Source: Octopus vulgaris
Taxonomy: Eukaryota
NCBI GenBank assembly: GCA_951406725.2
Contig: OX597826.1
Location: 69,688,001-69,752,000, forward strand
Length of the DNA: 64,000 bases
Reading direction: 5' to 3'
Of the stretch, positions 40,736 to 54,269 are shown in pieces. Under the pieces are notes generated by a model, which had not been told where the DNA came from, did no database searches, and worked only from the letters and a program-made list of their open reading frames with translations. Position 1 is the first letter of the stretch; each line of letters opens with the position of its first letter. A program made the position numbers and the translations under genes.

Positions 40736-41205
40736 TATTTCAGGACACCCACCACCAAATTTCAAACAGGGGCATAACAAAAGTTTTCCTTTTTGATTTG
40801 GGATTAAATTAATAAGTTAATATTTATAATGGATTTACCATTTTTGATGGGTGTGCAGCGCACACCTAGCCCACCCGAAATATACACCCCTGAACATAAT
40901 GTAACTTGGACTACATTACAAAATGGGCCTTCCTTACTTTTTAGCCATAGGTTTGCTTAATTAATTATTTCGCTCCCTATGAACCATAGGATGTTGGCCT
41001 TATACAAATCTATTTTTACCTCTGGGAAGAGGTGGTCCATATTAGTCTGATATCTGGCATCTGGCATCTGGCCTCTGAATTGTCCGGCATGGGAAGCCCT
41101 GCCAGGAACTTGCACTCCGTTGCCATAGTTCTCAAGATCATCAAGGCAAAGAATCCAATACACCACAAGAACTGGACCTTGTGGTGACATAGGTCAGCAA
41201 TGATC

Positions 41206-41457
41206 CGCGTGCAGACAATTCGTTGACAGACAATTCGCTGACAGACAATTCCCACGCGGCCCCAGACTCAACACGGAAGCCTACATCAAGTGCCTGGAGG
41301 AGGTTGTGCTGTCCTGGGTCAAGAAGGTAGCTACTGGAACACCCTATGCCTAACAACAGGACTCTGCACCATACCACACAATTGTCCTGTCTGTAAGATG
41401 TCCTGTCGGTCAATTGTCTGTAGACCAACTGTGTTTCGGCGAATTGTCCGTCTACCG
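41206..41457. mobile_element. Foldback-type MITE with 15-bp subrepeats in the TIRs, carrying a captured transposase fragment
   Basis: Left (cagacaattcgYtga)x3; right inverted caattgtc/gaattgtccg repeats ending taccg; TSD caatgatc/aaatgatc. Confidence 0.65.
41249..41381 (+). pseudogene. Tc1/mariner-superfamily (probably maT/DD37D) transposase fragment
   Basis: FPRGPRLNTEAYIKCLEEVVLSWVKKVATGTPYA*QQDSAPYHT includes the second catalytic Asp motif QQD.AP.H. Confidence 0.8.
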
Positions 41458-42059
41458 AAATGATCTGACAACCCTACGATTAAAGGCTTCAACCATTGAT
41501 TATCCCCTGTTTTATTATGTTTTTGTTCTAGAGAATTTTTATGCTTTATTTTGCCATTTCGGCCTTCGTTTGAAAGTGTCGGTACCTTTGTGTTATGACA
41601 TCGAATAAGATTTTTTTACCTTCAAAGCTCAGCGCTCACCACACAGATGACGATCCATTTTCTTCCTTTCTTTTCAGGTATGGTCTAAACCACTGAAGAG
41701 CGTTGGCCGACATCAGATAAACGTGAAGTAGAAGGTATGGTTAAATCAATAATCAAGGATTAAACAACCCCTCCACCACCATCACTTCTCTCCCCCCCCC
41801 TCACTCCCTTATCTCGCGTGGTAAGTAGAAGAGAGAACCAACTCATCATTTATTGACATTACTCACCCACATTCTGCTTTGATTGCATTAATGTGATGCA
41901 GCTGGAAAACAAATTCGTTGTGAAAGCAGCTGTAATCTAAGTGTGTGTGTGTGTGTGTGTTTTATTGCTGCGTAGAAGGCTATGTACCTACACCCACACA
42001 CACATACGTCAATACATGCACAAGCATGCATCTGCATGTGTGCAGGACTATTAAAGTTC

Positions 42060-42073
42060 ATACACACACACAT

Positions 42074-42118
<45 letters not shown>

Positions 42119-42173
42119 CATACATACATATATATATATAAATACAGACATATATATATACAAATATATATGG

Positions 42174-42214
<41 letters not shown>

Positions 42215-42244
42215 CACACACAAAAACATATATATGTATGTACG

Positions 42245-42284
<40 letters not shown>

Positions 42285-42442
42285 AATATGCATGTGTGTG
42301 TGTGTGTGTATATATACATATATATATATATATTAGAGAAAACCCACTATATATATATATGTGTGCATTAATATATGTATATATATATATATGAATTAAA
42401 GAAAACCCACTATGTATATATGTATATATATATATGTATATA

Positions 42443-42493
<51 letters not shown>

Positions 42494-42520
42494 ATGTATG
42501 TAAGTATGTATGTATATATA
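42060..42520. repeat. (TA)n/(CA)n/(TG)n microsatellite field
   Basis: Directly visible. Confidence 0.9.
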
Positions 42521-43819
42521 TACGCATGCATTTACTTTCAGTTCACCCCTTTTGCTACCATTTTTATGCATACATACATGCACATTCACGCACACACAAC
42601 TCACGTGCATATGCATACATCTTCGAATGTGCGTACGAGTTCTATTTATTCAGGCATATTGCTGTAAAGCTGTGTACACATCTACATCATCTATGTGCAC
42701 ACACATGTAGAACCATACACACGACACATGTACACATACACGCACGCAATAGTATATTCATATGCCCACATGTATCAACACATGTCGGCACAAACACACA
42801 CATACGTTGATATACACAATTACACATATAAACAGATACATTCCTACGTAGACACACACACACATACACATATATGGCTTAACAGCCCTTCTTGTTTGTG
42901 TTACTGTTATTCTCCGTCTCCTGTCTTTTACTGCTTAAATTTTGTACTGTCGTTACTGTCCTGTTTTTTGTTACCATTTTTACCCCTCCGCAAAAAAATC
43001 TCAAATTTTATTTAATTTGATTTTCGCGGGAAGAAAAATTTCATCGAAGTCATGTATCGCCTTGACCTTCGAAACGTGGAGTAAATGAATCTAAGGCGAC
43101 TGAAGAAGGGGAATTTTCCTTCTTTTGTATGTCCTGTACTCTATTTTTTCGTTGTTTAAAAATAAATGTCCATTTCCTTGGTTTTGTGTTTATGTTTTCG
43201 TTTCTCATTGTGTTCGACGTTTTTTTTTGGTGTCCTGTACCCATATATGCATGAATATATACATGTAGAGGTAGGTACGTACATATATGTATGTATATAT
43301 GCATATGTTTTATTTATTTATTAATGTATATATATATATATATATATATATACACCCACACACTGAGCGATATATTATTTGTAATATAGGCACAAAGCCT
43401 GAAGATTGGGGGAAGGGTGCGCATGAAGTAGTTCTCAATAATTTTTGTCAACGGATCCCTATGATTCCTGCTTTATTCAACTGGACCCTCGAAGGCATTC
43501 GATGTAGTCTTTTTAAAAATCTTTTTATTCTTTTTCAATTGTTTCGATCATTTGACTGCGGCCATGTTGGAGCACCACCTTTATGTGTGTACTTCTTAAC
43601 ATAGAAGTTAATGGTCAGAGTGTGCGTCTGCATTTTATTCAGAAATACAGGACGAACACCCACATGCATGTACATATATGTACATACACACACTCACACA
43701 TATGCCCACACACGCACGCACGCATATACACATTCGCCCACCCACACATATACATATATGCTTATATATATACATTTATAAATATGCATGCAAACATACA
43801 CACACACACATATATATGC

Positions 43820-43888
<69 letters not shown>

Positions 43889-43922
43889 CATATAAGCATA
43901 TATATATATATATATGAGTGTG

Positions 43923-43970
<48 letters not shown>

Positions 43971-44284
43971 CATGTATATATGTTCATGGAAACACACTTA
44001 CGCATGCGCACACACATACATTCACACACACATGATTAGTTTACCATATTTATTATTTATTTATTCATCAGGCACCCTACCCTGAATATTATATTTAAAT
44101 TTTCTTTAGTTGTTATTATTTCCTTTTCCAAAATAGTCTTTGGATTTTGATGTTTTGAACATCGGCGATTCCGATTGTGCAGATTTCTAAAATTTCGTTC
44201 CGCACTCCTTGTACTTGCAACACTTACGTACATGCACATACGTTTATATACATTCGCATAAACACACATATACACAAATACGTA

Positions 44285-44343
<59 letters not shown>

Positions 44344-44853
44344 ATACACAGAGGAGTGAATGAACAAACGAAACTAGTACTCAACACATTCGGTTAGAGT
44401 TACACGTATTTAACGACAGTTTCGCTCATCACCACAGTACTCAAAGTTTCGTGTGTGTATATTACACGTCCGAATCATCAGATTTACGGGGAAAAGTGTA
44501 GAGACTTCGACAGGGATTCAAAGTATCTTCTAGGTGTTTATGCCTCTAATGCTTATCTCATGTTGTAGTGCTGTCAAAGTGACATCTGTTGCTTTCATTA
44601 TTTTAAGTTTATGTGTTGAGGACTGGGTGTTTATAGGATTTTTCGCCTCTTTCACGACAGGTTGCCTCGTGGTATATTCAGCAGCAGTTGTTCTTTGCAC
44701 TGGGCACCTCTCGGGATGGAGAGGCAAGATAATGGTGTCGGTTATTTGCTCAGTGGAGATTGAAAACATAAGCGACAACAATTTCTACGATGATTATTGA
44801 GCTACAATTGAGGTCACATTGACCAGCATAAGTGGGCTTTAGGATTATATATA

Positions 44854-45032
44854 TTCTTATTTCTTTATTGCCCACAAGGGGCTAAACATAGAGGGGACAA
44901 ACAAGGACGGACAAAGGGGTTAAGTCGATGACATCGACCCCAGTGCGTAACTGGTACTTAATTTATCGACCTCGAAAGGATGAAAAGCAAAGTCGACCTC
45001 GGCGCAATTTGAACTCAGAACGTAACGGCAGA
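44854..45032 (-). mobile_element. SINE family B, headless unit
   Basis: Matches the 184-bp B unit. Confidence 0.85.
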
Positions 45033-46016
45033 TTCTGACCTTATGTATGTGTCATCTACACCTAAGGTGATATATCCGGGATGTCAGCGGCCAGAGCTTA
45101 ACTTGAAATTCATCAAGGCATACTTTGTCTCCGAACATCTGACGAGGTGAACGTGTCCAAGGCGCCCACAAAACTATAAGTTGGGTGCTGTTCAATCAGG
45201 CTGTTATTAAATACATAAATATATTTGTGTGTGTATACATATATACGAATGTGTGTGTGTGTGTATGTGCTTTATACATACATACATACATACATAAATA
45301 TATGAATGCCTGCATACATACAGACCGACAGGCTGACAGACAGACATCTATAAAAAAAAAGGAAGTTCGCTTGCTATGCTACGTTGGGGAAACATTTATA
45401 GAATTGATCTGCTTCTGGCTGATCTGAAAATGGCCAATGAAGAGACACCCAGAAAGATATGGCAAACATTATTCTATGCATGTGGTTCGTCAAATGTGAT
45501 TCTCAGAGTATCGGTCGAATGAAATGTCGCTTTTCAGTAAGCAAATTAACATCTCAGTGCAACGGCGTATATTGTGTAATTACTATATTTTGTACGTCTG
45601 ACACAGTCCACTGCGTAGAATTACATAAATGAATTATAAATAAATAACATTTGATGGAGAATGTAATAGACGTAATGTAACACGGAATAGACAATATAAG
45701 AACTAAAACATTATATATTCGCTCAATTACTCGTTGAGGTGAGTGACAAATGGAAGCTCGCTGGGCCGATACACCAGAGATCCGTAAATCGAATTTGCGC
45801 TCGGCGAAGAAATTGATATTATATTTTTATCCTTATACATTGTAAATGAATTGTCTATAGATATACCAACCATATGCGTGTATAAATACTAACGGTAGTG
45901 GGTACAGATTATATAATACGATAGAAATTTATACAGGGCGAAGGGGTCACCAACCCACCGGGGTGCACCAAAACCCAAACAGTGTAGCACAGAGAAACGA
46001 CAAGAGGATTTTTCAG

Positions 46017-46430
46017 GTGCAGGAATGGCTGTGTGGTAAGTTGCTTGCTTACCAACCACATGGTTCCGGGTTCAATCTCACTCCGTGACACTTTGGGCAA
46101 AGTGCCTTTTACTATAGCCTCGGGCCGACCAAAGCCTTGTGAGTGGATTTGGTAGACGGAAACTGAAAGAAGCCCATCGTGTATATATATGTGTGTGTGT
46201 ATGCATGTATGTGTGTGTGTATATATGTATATGTTTGTCCCCCCAACATCGCTTGATAACCGATGCTGGTGTGTTTACGTCCCCGTTACGTCCCCGGTTC
46301 GGCAAGAGACGCCGATAGAAAAAGTACTAGGCTTACAAAGAATAAATCCTGGGGTCCATTTGCTCGACTAAAGGCGGTGCTCCACCTTGACCGCAGTCAA
46401 ATGACTGAAACAAAAAAATAAAAAAAGAAT
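46017..46430 (+). mobile_element. SINE family A
   Basis: gtgcaggaatggctgtgtggtaag...cagtcaaatgactgaaac. Confidence 0.9.
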
Positions 46431-46619
46431 ATGTAAGTATGTATACATCTGCGTCTGTTTAAACACGAAAATATAAGTATTTATATGAATATAATTTTGA
46501 ATGCAAGCGTGTATATAGGTTAAATGTTAACGATGAAAATAAGAATACGCACAACAAAATGAAAATATAGTGTAATTATTGGTTTAACGCTCAATAAATG
46601 ATTAAAAGTGTAGAAGCGT

Positions 46620-46655
46620 CTTCAACGTTTCGAGCTTTGGCTCCTATTCAGAAAG
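46620..46655 (-). ncRNA. Degenerate minimal hammerhead ribozyme motif in a diverged Penelope-like fragment
   Basis: cttt-CTGAATA-GGAGCcaaaGCTC-GAAAcgtt-gaag; flank aaatatagtgtaattattgg..acgctc resembles 9731-9753. Confidence 0.45.
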
Positions 46656-47043
46656 TTAGATAGAGGAGAGAAGGTTTGTGAAGGAAAGAAAGGATATTGG
46701 AGTAAAGAAGAAATATGTGTTTATAAGTCTCAGAAATACTTTAAAAATAGAGGAGGACGAATAACTGAAAATGTCTGAAGCTGAATAAGTCTTCACACCT
46801 ATGGGATAGTTGATGGAGGTTTTGTGGGTGTTCCGGCTCTGAAGAGAATGGCCAGTTTTTGAAATGCTGTCATAATTACTAAGTTAAATATGTGCGTTCC
46901 TTGCGCGCGCAGCAAAAAGAGAAACTGAGAGACACGTTGATAGTACTACTACTAGAACCACCACCACCACCACCTCCACCAAAACTAACTACTACTACTA
47001 CTACTACTACTTTCTACTGCAAATGTAACCTCTATCATATCAT

Positions 47044-47312
47044 GGAATTTGAACTCAGAACGTAGCGGCTGACGCAATACCTATTTCTTTACTGCCCACA
47101 AGGTGCTACACAGAGAGGGGACAAACAAGGACAGTCAATGGGATTAAGTCGATTACAACGACCCCAGTGCGTAACTGGTACTTAATTTATTGACCCCGAA
47201 AGGATAAGAGGAAAAGTCGACCTCGGCGGAATTTGAACTCAGAACGTAACGGCAGACGAAATATCGCCAAGCATGTCGCCCGGCGTGCTAACGTTTCTTC
47301 CAGCTCGCCGCC
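47044..47312 (-). mobile_element. SINE family B, head plus one unit plus partial second unit
   Basis: Head ggcggcgagctgg at 47312; unit junction near 47080. Confidence 0.85.
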
Positions 47313-47573
47313 TTAATGGTACCATATCTGTTTCTACCACTACTGCCAATAACAACAACCACAATCACCACCACTGTAACCATCAATGCCTACGAATAGA
47401 GGTAGAGAGGGAGTTGAGCTAGAGGAGTACATGAGAGAAAGAGAACGAGATACAAAGAGAGAAAGAGTGAGACACAGAGACAATGAGAGAGAGAGAGAGA
47501 GAGAGAGAGGGGAACAAATAGACAGACAGATAGATAGATAGACAAGACAGGCAAACACACACACACGCATACA

Positions 47574-47626
<53 letters not shown>

Positions 47627-47849
47627 TCGCAAATGTAAGAATATGCTAAAGTTTTCTGGAACTAGGGAAGGATGTCAACGAACAAGTGTCGAAAAATTAG
47701 GTTGCGTGGAGGTGTTAGCGTTGATGGTTGTGGCGGGCGCGGAGGCGGCGGCGATGGTGTCGGCGATGGTTCTGGAAGTAGCGGTAGCAGCTGCGACGGT
47801 GGTGGTGACAGTGGTGCTGGTGGGAGGAGCTGGTGCTAGTGGTATTGAC

Positions 47850-48022
47850 AGTGGTGGTGGTGGTGGTGGTTGTGCTGGTGGAGGTGGTGGTGGTGACGGA
47901 GGTGGTGATGGTGATGGTTATGGTGATGGTGGTGGTGGTGGTGGTGGTGGTGATGGTTTTGTTAGTAGTGGTGATGGTAGTTGCCTTAGTGACGCCGTCG
48001 CTGTTGTTGCTGCTGTTGTTGT

Positions 48023-48079
<57 letters not shown>

Positions 48080-48131
48080 CGATGATGATGATGATGACGA
48101 TGATGACGATGATGACGAGGATGATGATGAC

Positions 48132-48169
<38 letters not shown>

Positions 48170-48640
48170 CGATGATGATGACGATGATGATGATGATGAC
48201 GATGATGACGATGATGACGATGATGATGATGATGATGATCACTGCCAATTAATAGCAACAGCAGCGACGCCATCGGATGCAACGGTAACACCTGTAATAG
48301 CAGCAACAACAACAACAACAACAGCAGCAGCAGCAGCAGCAGCATCAACAGCAGCAACAAAAACAGCGGTGACAACAAGCATATTTAAATGGCACAGCTG
48401 CAGCAACAACAGCAACAACAACAATAACAACGGCTGCAGTTTCAGTAATATTAGCACCAGCAACAATAGTTGAAGCAACAGCAGCAACAGCGGCAGAATG
48501 TGCAGCATGGGAATCTGTAAGAACAGCAACAGCAGCAGCAGCAGCAGCAGTCTTCGTAGCAACAACGACTGTGTTTGCATCTGCTTGACATTACTTGCAG
48601 CACCACCACCAACAACAACAACAGCTACAGCAGCAGCCGT
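47850..48640. repeat. (GGT)n, (GAT/GAC)n and (CAG/CAA)n trinucleotide field
   Basis: Directly visible. Confidence 0.9.
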
Positions 48641-48870
48641 TCAAGAATTTGGACCTGGAGATCTCCATTTCCAGCGATTTCGAGGGTCACCTCCCAGTGG
48701 TGTCGGGCGTCAACGAAGAGCCCTCGACTACAACAAGACGACCAAAGTTTTGTATTTTTTCCCAAGGTCTGAGGTATCCCGCCTTTAAGCCCTAGACCAT
48801 CACCTAATAACCCTTACCCGTCTTCTTGCTTAACAACAACAGCAGCAATAATCATTTCTTATAAATAAAA

Positions 48871-49537
48871 GGCACAAGGCTTGGAATTGGGGGGGGGGGG
48901 GGCTTGTTGACCTCAGTGCGTACCTGGTGCTTATTTCATCGACTCCGAAAGGATGAAAAAGTCAAGGTTGACCTCAGCAGAATTTGAACTCAGGACGGAC
49001 AAAATGCCGCTAAGCATTTCGCCCGGCGTGCTAACGATTCTTTTCTACTCTAGGCACAAGGCCGGAAATTTTGGGGGAGGAGGCCAGTCGATTACATCGA
49101 CGCCAGTACGCAAATGGTACTTAACTTATCGACCCCGAAAGTATGAAAGGCAAAGTCGACCTCTGCGGAATTTGAACTCAGAATGTAAAGACAGACGAAA
49201 TACCTATTTTTTTACTACCCACAAGGGGCTAAACACAGAGGGGACAAACAAGGACAGACAAACGGATTAAGTCGATTGTATCGAAACCAGTGCGTGACTG
49301 GTTCTTATTTAATCGACCCCGAAAGGATGAAAAGCAAAGTCGACCTCGGCGGAATTTGAACTCAGAACGTAAAGACAGACGAAATACCTATTTCTATACT
49401 ACCCACAAGGGCTAAACACACAGGAGACAAACAAGGACAGACAAACGGATTAAGTCGATTACATCGACCCCAGTGCGTAACTGGTACTTCGCTAAGTATT
49501 TCGCCTGGCGTGCTAACGGTTCTGCCATCTCGCCGCC
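48871..49537 (-). mobile_element. SINE family B multimer (49037-49537) abutting an older B copy (48871-49036)
   Basis: Repeated B units with gaaatacctattt junctions at about 49197 and 49381. Confidence 0.85.
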
Positions 49538-49592
49538 TTTTTTAGCAGTAGCAATAGAACATTACTATTATATCCTCAGGGCTGACCTATCT

Positions 49593-49910
49593 CCCTCCGT
49601 CGGTTGCGACGACGAGGATTCCAGCTAATCCGATCAACAGAACAGCCGACTCGTGAAATTAACGCGCAAGTGGCTGAGTACTCCACAGATCCGTGTGCCC
49701 TTAACGTAGTTCTCGGTGAGATCCAGCGTGGCACAGAATGTAACAAGGCTGACCCTCCAAGCTACAGGTACAACTCATTTTTGCCATTTGAGCTTGACTG
49801 GAGCAACCAAGAAATAAAGTGTCTTGCTCAAGGACAGAACGTGCCGCTGGTTTTCGAACTCGCGACCTAACGATCGGGAGTCGAATACCCTAACCACCAA
49901 GCCACGTGCC
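49593..49910 (-). mobile_element. SINE family D
   Basis: ctccgtcggttgcgacgacgagg...gaataccctaaccaccaagccacg. Confidence 0.85.
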
Positions 49911-50585
49911 TTCTCTGTATCATCAGCAAGCAACAGAAAAATCCTCTTCAAAATCGCTTGACTTGTTAGTAATAGCAACTAAATCTCCCTCTAAACCACG
50001 CGCGCGCGCACGCACATGCGCACACACACACACACTGTATCGTTTTAAGATAGGAATGGCATATTTGGTCTTAAAGAAGAAAAAAAACGCATTGTTGCAC
50101 TTGGTTTGTCTTTCATCATAGGTCTGCTCCATCACAGCCGGCCTGAAGCTAAACAACAACAGCAACAACAACAACAGCAACAATTACGACAGCAACAGCA
50201 ACACTAACAGCAGCTTCAGCGTTATTTCAATAAAACGAAAAAAAAAAAAATTATTTTTAATTTTAAATAAAACTAAATTTCTTTTGGATTTCTGAATTGC
50301 AATTATACTTGTTTTGTCTTCGTTTTTTTTGTTTTTCTTTGGGCTTTTTTTTTTTATTATTTTGGTGGGGTTTTTGTTTTTTTCTGTGTTTTTTTTTTTT
50401 TTTTTTTTTCTCTCCCTTCATCAATAGATAACCAAAACAGTGAGAGAAATTCATTGAAGAATCGTCATTAAATATTATAAAGATCTTTATCCTCTTAAAC
50501 ATATGGTTTGTATGTGTGTGACTGTGTGTCAGTATGTACGTGCCAGAGAGAGAGAAGAGAGAGAGAAGAAAGAAAGAAAGAACGA

Positions 50586-50633
<48 letters not shown>

Positions 50634-51199
50634 AATGAAGCAAGAAAGCAAGAAAGAAAGAAAGGTGTATAATGTGTGAGCATTTATGTGTGTGTGTGTT
50701 CTTGTCAGTAGGTTTCGCCGTGTCCATTGTGAAATAACAAAAAATACGAGATTTTCAATAACAAAAATAAGCCATTTTCTTTCTTCTATTTTTATTAAGA
50801 ACCGAAGTTAATTTGTTTGTTTGTTTTGCTTTGCTTTTTGTTTCCTTCTTCTTCTTTCTCCCTATTCATTGTTTTTCTTTTCTTTGTGTGTGTGTGTGTG
50901 TTGTTTTTTTTCTTCTTTTTTATTTTGTTTCTTTTTTTTTTCTTTCTCTCTTCTCTCTTCTCTCTTCTACCGAGATTCTATGAATGGCAGTACTTAACTT
51001 TCGCAAGAAAAACCCAGAGAATTGAAAACAGCTCAATTCTGCTAGAAGAGCAATGTCAAAACGATTTCGAAAATAACAACACAACACATTACCAAAAAGA
51101 AAAATAAACCCAAACAAACAAAATAAATACATTGAAATTCAAATGATCATTAAGTGAAGTAAAGACATTCTTCTTTTTAGATGGAATCTCTCTCTCTCC

Positions 51200-51230
<31 letters not shown>

Positions 51231-51738
51231 CGTCTTCCTCTCTCTTTGGCAAATTCATACTTTCATTACAAGACTTGTCATTTATTTGGCGCTCGCTCAC
51301 ATTGAATTTTGTGACATCCATTTTTCAGTTGTCCAGATTTCATTCTCGGAAAACAATCAAACTTTTAAACATTGAAACATTATAGTTCTAACTCTAAGAC
51401 CATCTTCGGAGGGAGCCACGTAATAAACAGACGTATTGATTGGTTTTTGCACCCCTCATTCCATCCCAAACCACCACAATCACTTCTCAACCAAGTTCTG
51501 ACGATCGATATTTTCTAGTAGAAAACACTTCCATTAAAGTTTCTTTTGAAAAACCTTCACCGTTCAAATAAAGTCCCGTCTTAAAGACATTCAACTATCA
51601 ACGAAGGCGCTACTTCAAAGCGGACAGACCTGCTAAGAATAGCAGCCAAATCTCCCTTATATAACCCCTAGTCCTAGATATGAATAGCAGCCAAATCTCC
51701 CTTATATAACCCTTAGTCCTAGATATATGTTGTAGTCG

Positions 51739-52047
51739 TTTGTTGTTTGTTCCTTCTCGAGCCATGCCTGGTTCATAAGGGCTGGTTTCCCGGTTTCCTT
51801 GGCGTATAGGTTCCCCACCTGGATGGGACGCCGGTCCGTCGCAGGTGAGCTGCAAGATGCAGAAGGAAATAGTGAGAGAAAGTTGTGGCGAAAGAGTCAG
51901 CAGAAGTTTGCCATTACCTTCTACCAGAGCCGTGTGGAGCTTAGGTATTTTCGCTCATAAACACACACATTGCCCGATCTGAGATTCGAACTCGCGATCC
52001 CTCGACCGCCAGTCCGCTGCTCTAACCACTAGACCATGTGCCTCCAC
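51739..52047 (-). mobile_element. SINE family C, subfamily 2
   Basis: Closely matches 36306-36612. Confidence 0.85.
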
Positions 52048-52404
52048 TAGATATACGTAGTCTGAATAAAATACGGAATACTTTCTCGACTGGAATAACT
52101 TTACCCATTGGTGTTCTAGATCGCGGATTATGTGAGATTAAGTGACAAGAGCAGCAAGGAAGAAATCTCGGCACGGCCAGTTGATCTACTGAGAATAGCA
52201 GTTGCCCATAGCAGACAATTCTCCCACAAATCCCTGTCCCGACGTTAAAATGGTTCACCATGGTTGGAGCGCCATACATCAGAGGTTTAACTCACTGATA
52301 ATCAAATTTTCTTGGCGAGCTAACGAATGGAGTTTTTACGTAATGCCAAGGTATAGAAGACAAATCGCCATTATATCACGTCTTAACTAAAGAGGATGTT
52401 GTGT

Positions 52405-52816
52405 ACGATGATGAAGATGATGATGATGGTGGTGGTGGTGGTGGTGGTGGTGGTGGTGGTGGTGGTGGTGGTGGTACGGAGAGTAGGAGTATAATGGTAA
52501 GAATGGTGAGGGCGATGTAGTCAGCATTGTCGTTGTTGATGATGGGGATGAGGATGAAGGTGAGGAAGAGGAGGGGGTAACGATCATGGTCATCATCATG
52601 ATTATCATCATCATCATCATAATGTTCACGGTTATGAAGGTGATGTTGGCGGTGATGGTGGCGGTGGTGCAACTGTTGGCAGCCCTGCTGATGGTGGTGG
52701 TGGTGATGCTGGTGATGATGATGGTCATGATAACGATGGTACTGTCGCTTATGATAGTGCTGGTGACGGTGAAGGGAGCGGTGATGATGATGATGATGAT
52801 GATGACGACGACGACT

Positions 52817-52857
<41 letters not shown>

Positions 52858-52905
52858 AGTGGTGGTGGTGGTAGTGGTTGTGGTGATGATGGCGGTGAAG
52901 ACGAT
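52405..52905. repeat. (GGT)n/(GAT)n low-complexity tract
   Basis: Directly visible. Confidence 0.85.
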
Positions 52906-53219
52906 GTGTTGGTTCTTGAGTCTGGAACATGTATGTGCAGGCCTGGTCATGATTTCTTAAGTAATTCATCGTTGCCCTCGCCCGCAAATCTTCTCCCCGC
53001 CACCACGCTATTGATGTTTACTTAATGGTGGAGCCAGCCCGACACATGCGTCGTCACCGATATTTCTGTTAGACAGCAAAAAACCCAGAGCGGATGCATT
53101 CTTCCAATCTTTCCACTAGAACAATATAAAACTGTCAATATTTCAAACTCAATCTGTTGCCACGTTTTTAATCTCCTATTCCTCTGATCCTATAAAACTC
53201 TCTCTTGAAATATAACTGT

Positions 53220-53605
53220 CGGCGAGCTGACAGAAACGTTAACACGGCGGGAGAAATGCTGAGCGCTATTTCGTCTGTTTTTACTTTCTGAATTCAAATT
53301 CCGCCGAGGTCGACTTCACCTTTCGTCCTTTGGGGGTCGATAAATTAAGGACTAGTTGCGTACTGGCGTCGATCTAATCGACTGGCCCCCTCCACGAAAA
53401 TTTCGGTAAAGAGAAAATAGTGCCGATAGTAGAAAAGGATATTAACGCCCGTCTAAAGCGGTGAGCTGACAGAAACGTTAGCACTCCGGGTAAAATGCTT
53501 AGCGCTATTTCGTCCGTCTTTGCGTTCTGAGTTCAAATTCCGCCGAGGTCGACTTTGCCTTTTATCCTTTCGGGGTCGATAAATTAAGTACCAGTTGTGT
53601 ACTGA
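53220..53605 (+). mobile_element. Two adjacent SINE family B monomers
   Basis: Heads ggcgagctgacagaaacg at 53221 and gcggtgagctgacagaaacg at about 53458. Confidence 0.85.
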
Positions 53606-54269
53606 CGATTAACATTGACTAACGATGTATGTGTGTTGTGTTTATGTGTGTGTGTGAGTGTGTGTGTGTGCGTGTGTACGTGCATGGTTGCTTATGTGTG
53701 TGCAAAGGCGTGTGTGGACATATATGATGGCTCTCAGCTCTCCACCCTTGTCCTGTCCAAAGAAAACTATCCCTGACTAACGACAAAGATTTTAGGCTCA
53801 AGAAGACTTGCACAACAGTTTTTGGACCCTCCCTACCGTGTTGGTACATATACATACATTCATATTCGACAAACCTCCATACAATTTTCCCTTTACCAAA
53901 TCTCTCTCACGTGATATTGATCAACCAAAGGCTACGGTAGAAGATACTTACCCTAAGTGCTGTTCAAAGGAATCGTCAACCAGAACCACCGCTTTTATCA
54001 ATAATTAAACGTAAAAAGCTGGTTTGAATAATCAAACATCTGTGTGGTATTCTTTCCTTTTAATTTTTTACATAAAACCAGAAATGTTTAAGAGGTAAGA
54101 GTCGATTTCATCACCACATTCACTCTACTGATATTTATTTCATCGATCCAAAACCATGGTGTATCACCATGGCCGCAGCTCTGAGCTGAAACTAGAGAGA
54201 AAAAAAGCACACACACACAGGCCAAGAAGGAGCGAGGAATTGTAGCCAGATCTCGCTTTAATCTACGTA

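Larger units (their letters stand above)
39928..40892. mobile_element. hAT-like non-autonomous DNA transposon, old, containing a mariner
   Basis: Imperfect TIRs cagtggcgtata / caggggtgtata (rc), both followed by an internal ggtgtg; 8-bp TSD gacataac/aacataat. Confidence 0.6.

Noticed and set aside
44400-44435. Minus-strand gTGATGA-GC-GAAACTGTC ultra-minimal hammerhead
   Set aside because: No C3, no real stem II and no stem I pairing.
47643-48473. 276-aa G/D/A/T-rich ORF resembling an acidic matrix protein
   Set aside because: Composed of consecutive trinucleotide tracts with several frames open; no independent support.
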